Source: Acidobacteriota bacterium (lineage in GTDB: Bacteria; Acidobacteriota; Thermoanaerobaculia; Multivoradales; UBA5704). Taken from it: a stretch of 64,000 nucleotides of DNA. The stretch lies in NCBI GenBank assembly GCA_040005235.1, contig JBDTZG010000014.1, forward strand, positions 1 through 64,000. Direction: 5' to 3'. Below, piece after piece: positions 1 through 9,600 of the stretch. The position numbers and the translations under genes are program-made. The notes under the pieces are model-generated. The model was not told where the DNA came from. It saw only the letters and a program-made list of their open reading frames with translations, and did no database searches. Position 1 is the first letter of the stretch. Every line of letters starts with the position of its first letter.

Positions 1-2
1 CG

Positions 3-608
3 GCGCTCAGTTGCCACCCGGGAATCCGTGAGACGGTGGTCCTGGCGTGCGAAGAAGAGGGCGAAACGCGCCTCGCCGCCTATGTCGTGCCCGACGGGTC
101 TCCCTTGGGGGCCGAGACTCTGCGCGCCTTCTTGCGTGAGCGGCTGCCGGAGCCGATGGTGCCGTCCTGGTTCGTCGCCTTGGACGCCCTGCCGCGCACC
201 CCCAACGGCAAGCTCGACCGCCGGGCGATGCCGCTCCCGGGGGGCGAGCGGCCGGATCTCGAAGCGCCGTTCGTCGAGCCGGGGACAGACCTCGAACGGA
301 CGATCGCCGAGGTCTGGCGCGAGGTTCTGCGCCTCGACCGGGTAGGCCTGTACGACAACTTCTTCGATCTGGGCGGCAACTCGCTCACCATCGCGCAGGT
401 TCGCGTCCATCTGTACCACCGGCTCGCGCAGGACCTGCCGCTGGTCGAGCTGTTCCGCTTCCCAACCGTCGGCGCGCTGGCCTCCTACCTTGATCGGTCC
501 GGGCCGCAAGAAGCGCCGTCGTTCGCCGCGGTCGAGCAACGCGTCGATAAAGCCAAGGTCGCGCTCGAACGCCAGCGGCGCGCCGCCAAAGCGAGGAAGG
601 CCGGATGA
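3..608 (+). CDS. NRPS, 3' fragment (A-domain C-terminus, PCP, basic docking tail); truncated by the left window edge
   Basis: Frame is open from position 3 (ALSCHPGIRETVVLA...). Motifs: A10 LPRTPNGKLDR, PCP NFFDLGGNSL, Arg/Lys-rich tail. The stop overlaps the next ATG (ATGA at 605-608). Confidence 0.93.
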   Translation, partial: ALSCHPGIRETVVLACEEEGETRLAAYVVPDGSPLGAETLRAFLRERLPEPMVPSWFVALDALPRTPNGKLDRRAMPLPGGERPDLEAPFVEPGTDLERTIAEVWREVLRLDRVGLYDNFFDLGGNSLTIAQVRVHLYHRLAQDLPLVELFRFPTVGALASYLDRSGPQEAPSFAAVEQRVDKAKVALERQRRAAKARKAG

Positions 609-3600
609 GCCCCCTCGACGAAACCGACGAAGAGTCGGCGCCGGGAAACGGCATCGCGATCGTCGGTCTCGCCGGTCGCTTCCCGGGCTCCCCGACGCTG
701 CCCGAGCTGTGGCGCAACCTGCGCGATGGTGTTGAGTGCATCTTCCCGATCTCCGAGGCGGACCTCGAAGCGTCGGGTCTGCCGCCGGAGACCTGGAAGG
801 ACCCGCGCTACGTCCGCGCTTCGCCCTGGCTCCCCGGAATCGACCGGTTCGACGCCCGGTTCTTCGGCTTTTCCCCACGCGAAGCCACTCTCCTCGATCC
901 GCAGCACCGGCTGTTCCTGGAGTGCGCGTGGGAGGCGTTCGCCAACGCGGGCTACGACCCGCAGGGTTATGCCGGCGCGATCGGCGTCTACGTCGGCTGC
1001 CAGTTCAACCAGTACCTGCTGTGGAACGTCCTGCCGAACGTCGCGTCGCTCCACCCGGCCGAGATCGCCGGGCTGCGCCAGCTTTCCGATAAGGATTACC
1101 TCGCGACCCGCATCTCCTACCTGTTGAACCTGCGCGGGCCGAGCATGGCGGTGCAGACCGCCTGCTCGACCTCGGCTGTAGCCGCGCACCTCGCCTGTCG
1201 GAGCCTCCTCGGCTACGAGTGCGACATGGCGCTGGTCGGGGGAGTCTGCCTGACCGTCCCGCACCGCGCGGGCTACCTCTACCAGAAGGGGGGCATCCTC
1301 TCGCCCGACGGGCACTGCCGGGCCTTCGATGCCGAGGCGCAGGGGACGGTGATGGGCAGCGGCGCCGGTGCCCTGGTGCTCAAACGGCTGGAGGACGCCC
1401 GGGCCGACGGCGACTCGATCCGCGCCGTGATCCAAGGCTCCGCGGTCAACAACGACGGCTCGAACAAAGTCGGCTACACCGCGCCGAGCGTCGATTCCCA
1501 GGCCGAGGCGATCGCCGCCGCCCACGACTTCGCGGGTTTTTCGCCCGAAACTATCTCGTACATCGAGGCGCACGGCACCGGGACGCCGATGGGCGATCCG
1601 ATCGAGATCGCCGCGTTGAACCACGCCTTCCGCCGCGGCACCGAGCGGAGGGGCTTCTGCGCCGTCGGCTCGCTCAAGACCAACCTCGGCCACCTGGAGG
1701 CGGCGGCCGGGGTCGCGGGGGTGATCAAGACCGTTCTGGCGCTCGAAAACGAGCTGATCCCGCCGAGCCTTAACTGCAAGACACCGAATCCGGAGATCGA
1801 CTGGGCGACTTCGCCCTTCTTCGTCAACACCGCGGCGCGCGCCTGGCCCAAGGGCGAGGCGCCGCGGCGCGCGGGAGTCAGCTCGTTCGGCGTCGGCGGC
1901 ACCAACGCCCATCTGGCGCTCGAAGAGGCGCCTGAGCGCGCTCCCGGCAGTCCCTCGCGCCCCTGGCAGCTGCTGGTGCTCTCGACCCGGACGGAGACCG
2001 CGCTCGAAATCGCGACCGCGGAGCTGGCGGAGCATCTCAGCAAGAGCCCCGAGCAGTCGGATCTCGCCGACGCCGCCTACACCTTGCAGATCGGCCGCCG
2101 CGCCTTCGCCCATCGCCGGATCGTCGTGGCGCGAGACTTTGCCGATGCGGCGGAGACACTCAAGAGCCGCGACCCGAAGCGCGTGCTCTCCCGGCGCGAG
2201 GAACGGGCGGATCGGCCGGTGGCGTTCCTTTTCCCCGGGCAGGGGACGCAACACGTAGGCATGGCGCGCGGTCTCTACGAAGCGGAGCCGACCTTTCGGG
2301 CCGAGATCGACCGCTGCTGCGAAGTGCTCGGCGCCGATCTGCGTTCGTTGATCTTGGGCCACGGGGACGATGCCGCGGTCCGCCTGGAGCGGACCGCGAA
2401 CGCCCAGCCGGCGCTGTTCGTCGTCGAGTACGCGCTCGCCCGGCTCTGGATGGAGTGGGGGATCGAGCCCGCTGCGATGCTCGGCCATTCGATCGGCGAG
2501 TACGTGGCGGCGTGCCTGGCGGGCGTGCTGTCGCTCGAAGACGCGCTCGCGCTGGTGGCGGCCCGCGGGCGGCTGATGGACGGCCTCCCCGAAGGGGCGA
2601 TGCTGAGCCTGCCGTTGCCCGAGGCCGAAGTGACGGCGATGCTGGGAAGCGAGCTGTCGCTCGCCGCGGTCAATGCCCCTTCACTCTCTGTCGTCTCGGG
2701 GCCAATCGACGCCGTCGCGGCGCTCCGCGAGGATCTAGCGACCCGCGGAATCGACGCCCGTCGCCTCCACACCTCGCACGCTTTCCATTCGGCGATGATG
2801 GATCCGGCGCTCGAAGCGTTCGGTCGAGAGGTGCGGAAGGTCCGTCTGAACCCGCCGCAACGCCCGTATCTCTCCAACCTCACCGGCACCTGGATCACCG
2901 CGGAAGAGGCGACGGACCCCGAGTACTGGGTACGTCACCTGCGCGGAACAGTTCGATTCTCGGCGGGTCTTTCCGAATTGCTGCGCAACAAAGACCTGGC
3001 GCTCCTGGAGGTCGGCCCCGGACGCGCGCTAAGCACCCTGGTTCGCCAGCATCCCGATGCCGCCAAATCGCGGGCCACGATCCAGTCCCAGCGCCCGCCG
3101 CGCGCGAGCCAGCCGGAGACGGCCGAAGAGCCCGATCAGGCCTACCTGCCCATCGCCCTGGGCCGCCTCTGGCTCGCCGGAGCGCGGATCGACTGGCGCG
3201 GCTTCTATGCCCGCGAGAGGCGCCTGCGCGTCCCGCTGCCGAGCCATCCGTTCGAGCGCCAGCGCTACTGGATCGATCCACCGCGCGCTGCCCAGGCACC
3301 CGCCGTTTCCTCCCTTCCTGACGTTCTTGCCGTACCTGCCGTTCTCTCGGTCCCTGCCCAGCCCCTGGGCCTGTTCCACCCCCGCCCCGATCTCGAAACC
3401 CCCTACGCCGCGCCAACCCACCCGACCGAGCAACTGCTCGCCGAAATCTGGCAGCAGATGCTCGGCCTCGAACCGGTCGGCATTCACGACAGCTTCTTCG
3501 ATCTGGGCGGCCACTCGCTGATGGCCACCCAACTGGTCTCCCGCGTCCGCGACCGTTGCGGCGTCGAGCTGCCGCTCGCTGCCTTCTTCGACGGGCCGAC

Positions 3601-6600
3601 GATCGCCGAGCTGGCGCCGCTGCTGGCGGCATCCGGACCGCTCGCGATCGTCCCGGCGACGATTCCTCGTGCCCCGCGGGACCGCCCTCTGCCGCTCTCG
3701 TTCGCCCAAGCGCGGCTCTGGTTCCTCTACCAGCTCGATCCGGCCAATGCCGGCTACAACATGCCGCTCGCCCTCCGCGTCGCCGGGCCGCTCAAACCCG
3801 CGGTGCTCGAACGGGCGATCGAAGAAATCGTCCGTCGCCACGAGATTCTGCGCACCACGTTTCGGGTCTCTGCCGGCCAACCGGTCCAGGAGATCGCGCC
3901 GGCGCGTCCGTTCGCCCTGCCGGTGGTCGCGTTCGAAGGCGTCCCCGGGGCGTTGGAGGAAACCAAGCGCCTGCTACGCGGCCAAGTCCGCGCGTCGTTC
4001 GACCTCGAACGCGGGCCGCTCTGGCGCCTGTGCCTGCTGCGCCTGGCTCCCGAAGACCACGCAGTGGTGCTCGCAATGCACCACATCGTCTCCGACGGCT
4101 GGTCGATGGGTGTCCTGGTCCGCGAGCTGGGAGCGCTCTACGACGCCTTCTCGCGCGGCGAGTCGTCGCCGCTACGCCCCCTGCCGATCCAATACGCCGA
4201 CTTCGCCGCCTGGCAGCGCTCGGAGCTTTCCGGACCGGCCCTGGAAGAGCGGCTCGCCTGGTGGCGCGACCTGCTGATCGGCGGGCGCGGCGAGCTGCCG
4301 GTCCTGGAGCTGCCGCTCGACCGCCCGCGCCCGCCGTTCCAAAGATTCCACGGCGCGAAGCTCCCGGTGGTTTTCCCAACTGGGCTCACGGAGAGCCTGC
4401 GCGGTCTCGGCAACAGGAATGGCGCCACGCTGTTCATGATCCTCCTAGCCGGATTCGAGACCCTCCTCCACCGCTACACGCGCCAAACCGACCTGGTCGT
4501 AGGCACGCCCATCGCCGGGCGCAACCGTAGCGAGATCGAGGGTCTGATCGGCCTGTTCCTCAACAATCTACCGCTACGCGCCAACCTCTCGAATACGCCC
4601 TCCTTCATTGAGCTTTTAGCGCAGGTCCGGGAGACCACGCTCGGCGCCTATGGCCACCAGGATCTCCCCTTCGAGCGGTTGGTCGAGGAGCTGAAACCCC
4701 GCCGCGACCTCGCGCGGAGCCCGATCTTCCAAGTCATGCTCAGTCTAGAGACGGCGGCCGCAGCGCCTCCGGAACCCTCCGGGGCCTCCGGTCTAGCCTG
4801 GAGCCGCCTCCCGGCGGACATCGGCGCTTCGCGCTACGAATGGACCTTCTTCCTCTCCGACGACGGGAACGACGTCCGAGGGATTCTCGAATACGACACC
4901 GACCTGTTCGACGAGACGACGGTGTGCCGCGCTGTCGGCCATCTGATCCGCCTGCTGGAAGCGGCGGCGGACGCCCCCGCGACGAGCCTCTCCCGGCTCC
5001 GCCTGCTCTCGGACGACGAGGAGCGGCAGCTGGTGGTCGAGTGGAACGACACGGCGCGCGACAACGACCTCGGCGCATCTTGGCGGCCGACTCACGTGCG
5101 AATCGCCGAGCAGGCGGCGCGGGCACCGAAAGCCCTGGCCGTCACCTGCGATGGCGAGACCCTCACCTACGCCCAGCTCGAAGCCCGCGCCAACCGCCTT
5201 GCCCGCCACCTGCGTGCCCTGGGTGTAGGACCGGAGGTGCCGGTCGGCATTTATCTCGACCGATCGCTCAACCTGCCGGTCGCCCTCCTCGCGGTCTGGA
5301 AAGCCGGTGGAGCCTATCTGCCGCTCGATCCGGCGTACCCCAAAGACCGCCTCTCCTACATGCTGGAGGACTCAGGCGCGCCGCTGGTGTTGACGGAGGC
5401 AGGCCTCTTGGCGACGGTGCCGCCGAGCCGAGCCCGCATCGAACGTATCGATCTCGATTCCGACGAGAGCGCGATCGATCCCGGCGTCCCGACGGCGCCC
5501 GAGTCGCTCGCCTACATCCTCTACACCTCCGGCTCGACGGGGCGGCCCAAAGGCGTGCAGATCCCGCACGGCGCGTTGATCAATTTCCTCGAATCGATGG
5601 AGGTGCGCCCAGGCCTGGTCGCCTCCGATCGCCTGCTCGCGGTTACTTCGCTGTCGTTCGACATCGCGGGCCTGGAGCTGTTCCTGCCGCTGCTTGCCGG
5701 AGCCGAGGTCGAGATTGCGAGCCGGGCGCTCGCATCCGACGGCCCCCGGCTGATCGCGCGCCTCGCCGCCGCGACCGTGCTTCAGGCGACCCCTTCCACC
5801 TGGCGTCTGCTGCTCGATGCCGGCTGGCATGGGAGCGCGGGCCTCAAGGCGCTGTGCGGCGGCGAAGCCTTGCCGCCGAAACTCGCGCACGAGATCGCCG
5901 CGCGCGCCGGCTCGCTGTGGAACATGTATGGCCCGACGGAGACGACGATCTGGTCCGCCGTCCGCCTCGTCGAGCCGGGAATGGGGGAGAGCGCCACGCC
6001 CGTCTCGATCGGCCGGCCGATCTCCAACACGACGATCTACGTCGTCGATTCGGCGTTTCAGCCCACCCCGGTCGGCGTGCCCGGCGAGCTGTGGATCGGT
6101 GGCTCGGGTGTAGCCAGAGGCTACCGCGGCCGTCCCGACCTCACCGCCGAGCGCTTCATCCCCGACCCGTTCTCAAAAGTAGTCGGCGCGCGCCTCTACC
6201 AGACCGGCGATCTCGCCCGGTGGCTTGGCGACGGCGAGCTGGAGTTCCTCGGCCGCATCGACCATCAGGTGAAGGTTCGCGGCTACCGCATCGAGCTGGG
6301 GGAGATCGAGGCGGCGCTCGAACAGCACCCGGCCCTTCGCGCCGCCGTAGTCGTGGTGCGGGAGGACACGCCCGGCGATCCGCGGCTGACCGCCTATGCG
6401 GTGGCAGGAGGAGCCACGGTCGAGGGCGGCGAGCTTCCGCCGGTCTTGAGGCGCCACCTGCGCGCCAAGCTCCCCGAGTACATGGTGCCTTCGGCATTCG
6501 TGCTCCTCTCGGCGCTGCCGCTGCTGCCGAACGGCAAGGTGGACCGCCGTTCTCTGCCTGCTCCGGCCGTGTCGGCCGCACCGGACACCGAGCCGAGCAA

Positions 6601-9600
6601 GCCGTCTTCCGCTCCGAAGAGTCGCCTCGAAGCGATCATCGCGGACGCCTGGCGCGCTGTGTTGAACGTCGATCGGGTAAGCGTCCAAGACAACTTTTTC
6701 GATCTCGGCGGCCATTCGCTGCTGCTCGCGCAGGTCCACCTGCGGCTGCGCGAGAGCTTGCCCGACGACCTCGGCGCGCGGCTCTCGATGGTCGAGCTGT
6801 TCCAGCATCCGACGATCGCCGCTTTGGCCCGCCACCTGCGCCCCGAGGCCTCGCTCACGCTCGCCGAGCCCGGCCGGCTGCGCGCCGAGCTGCGGCTCGG
6901 CACCCACGCCCGGCGGGGGAGCGAGATCGCGATCGTCGGCATGAGCGGCCGGTTCCCGGGCGCCGCCGACGTCGAGCGGTTCTGGCACAACCTCCGCCTC
7001 GGGGTCGAGTCGATCTCCAACTTCAGCGACGAGGAGCTGCTCGGCTCAGGCGTCGACCCCGACCTGTTCCGCGGTCCCCACTACATCAATGCCAAGGGGA
7101 TCCCCGACGGGATCGGCTGGTTCGACGCCGGCTTCTTCGGCTACACGCCGCGCGAGGCCGAGATCATCGACCCGCAGCAGCGGATGTTTTTAGAGGTCGC
7201 CTGGGAGGCGCTGGAAAACGCCGCCTGCGATCCCGATCGCTACCCCGGTTCGATCGGGGTGTTCGCCGGCTCGGGGCTCAACACCTACCTGATCAACCTC
7301 TACTCGAACCCTGAGCTGATGGCGGCGGTCGGCGGCTTCCAAGCGACGATCAGCAACGACAAGGATTTTCTGCCCACCCGGGTGTCGTACAAGCTGAACC
7401 TCAAAGGGCCAAGCCTGAACGTTCAGACCGCCTGCTCGACTTCTCTGGTCGCCGTCCATCTCGCCTGCCAGCACCTGCTGCACGGCGAGTGCGACGTGGC
7501 GCTCGCGGGTGGCGCAACCCTGTATTTTCCGATCAAGTCCGGGACCACCTACCACGAGGGGGGCATCCTCGCCCGCGACGGCCATTGCCGGGCGTTCGAC
7601 GAACGATCGCAAGGGACCGTGGTGGGCAACGGCGTCGCCGCGGTGGTGCTCAAGCGGCTGGACGACGCTCTGGCGGACGGCGATTCGATCTACGCCGTGA
7701 TCAAGGGCTCGGCGATCAACAACGACGGCTCGGTGAAGGTAGGCTACACCGCGCCCAGCGTCGAGGGGCAGGCCGCCGTGATCTCCCAGGCGCACTCTGT
7801 TGCCGGCGTTTCCCCCGAGACGATCCGCTACGTCGAGGCCCACGGCACCGGCACGGCCCTCGGCGACCCGATCGAGGTCCGCGCGCTTTCGCAGGCGTTC
7901 CGACTCGGTACGGCCAAGCTCGGCTTTTGCGGCATCGGCTCGGTCAAAAGCAACATCGGCCATCTCGACACCGCGGCCGGCGTCGCCGGGTTGATCAAGG
8001 CGACGCTCGCGGTCGAGCGCGGCGAGCTGCCACCATCGCTCCATTTCGAGCGGCCGAACCCTGCCCTCGATCTACCGAACACACCGTTTTACGTCGTCGA
8101 CCGGCTCACGCCCTGGACGGCCGACGCAACGCCCCGGCGCGCCGGGGTGAGCGCGTTCGGCATCGGCGGCACCAACGCCCACGTGATTCTGGAGCAGGCG
8201 CCGCCGGCCGTTCCTACCGGTCCCGCTCGCGCCCATCAGCTGCTCGTGCTGTCAGCGCGTACCGAAGCGGCGCTCGATCAGGCGACCGACAACCTCGCGC
8301 GGCATCTGCGCGAGCGATCAGAGGGGGCGGAGTGTCCGGAGCCACCGCTCGCCGACGTGGCGTTCACCCTGCAGGTCGGCCGCAAGGTCTTCGCCCACCG
8401 CCGCACGGTGGTCGCCGAAACGTTAGAGGACGCCGCCTCGGCGCTCGAATCGCGCGATCCCAAGCGGGTGCTCTCCCAGGTCCAGGAAGCCGGCGACCGC
8501 CCGGTCGTCTTCCTGTTCGCGGGGGGCGGCGCGCAGTACGCCAATATGGGCCTCGACCTCTACCGTTCGGAACCGGTGTTTCGCGAGCAGGTGGACCTCT
8601 GCCTGCGTCTATTCGAGCCGCATGTCGATGCCGATCTGCGGCGGTATCTCTTCCCCGCGCCCGAAGAGGTGGAAGAGACCGCGCGCGAGATCGAGCGCAC
8701 GTCGATCGCCCTGCCGATCCTGTTCGCGGTCGAGGTGGCTCTCGCGCGCCTGTGGATGTCGTGGGGCGTTGCACCGCAGGCGATGATCGGCCACAGCCTG
8801 GGGGAGTACGCGGTGGCTCACCTTTCCGGAGTCCTGGCGCTCGAAGACGCGGTGGCTCTCGTGGCGCTACGCGGCCGCCTGTTCGAGACCCTACCCGAGG
8901 GCGGGATGCTGTCCGTGCCTCTGCCCGAGGCGGAGGTCTTGGCCCTCTTGTCGATGCTTTTCGCCGAGAGCAATCGACTTTCGATCGCTCTCGGCGATGG
9001 GCTCTCGATCGCCGCGGTCAACGGCCCCGCCTTCTGCGTCGTCTCCGGTCCGGCTGCGGCGATCGGGCAGGCTCGCGAGGCGTTCGCCGCGCGCGGCATC
9101 GACGCCCGCCGCCTGCACATCGCGGTCGCCGCTCATTCGACGGTGGTGGAGCCCATCCTGCGCGAATTCGGCGATTTCGTCGCAACACTTTCACTCTCGC
9201 CCCCCGCCATCCCTTACATCTCGAACGTCACCGGCACCTGGATGACCGCCAACGACGCCGCAGATCCCCAATATTGGGTGCGGCATTTGCGCCAGACCGT
9301 GCGCTTCGGCGACGGCATCGGCGAGCTGCTCAAAGACGGCGAACGGATCTTCCTGGAGGTCGGTCCCGGCCAGACCCTGAGCATGCTCGTCATGCAGCAC
9401 CCCGGCCGGCCGTCGGGTCAGACGGTGCTCCATTCGCTGCGCCATCCGCAGGACCGGCAATCGGACGCTGTATTCCTGCTCCAAGCTCTCGCCAAGCTCT
9501 GGCTGGCCGGCGCGGCCGTCGATTGGACGGGTTTCCATTCCGGCGCGCGCCGCCGCCGGCTGCGCCTGCCGACCTATCCGTTCGAGCGCCGGCTCTTTTT

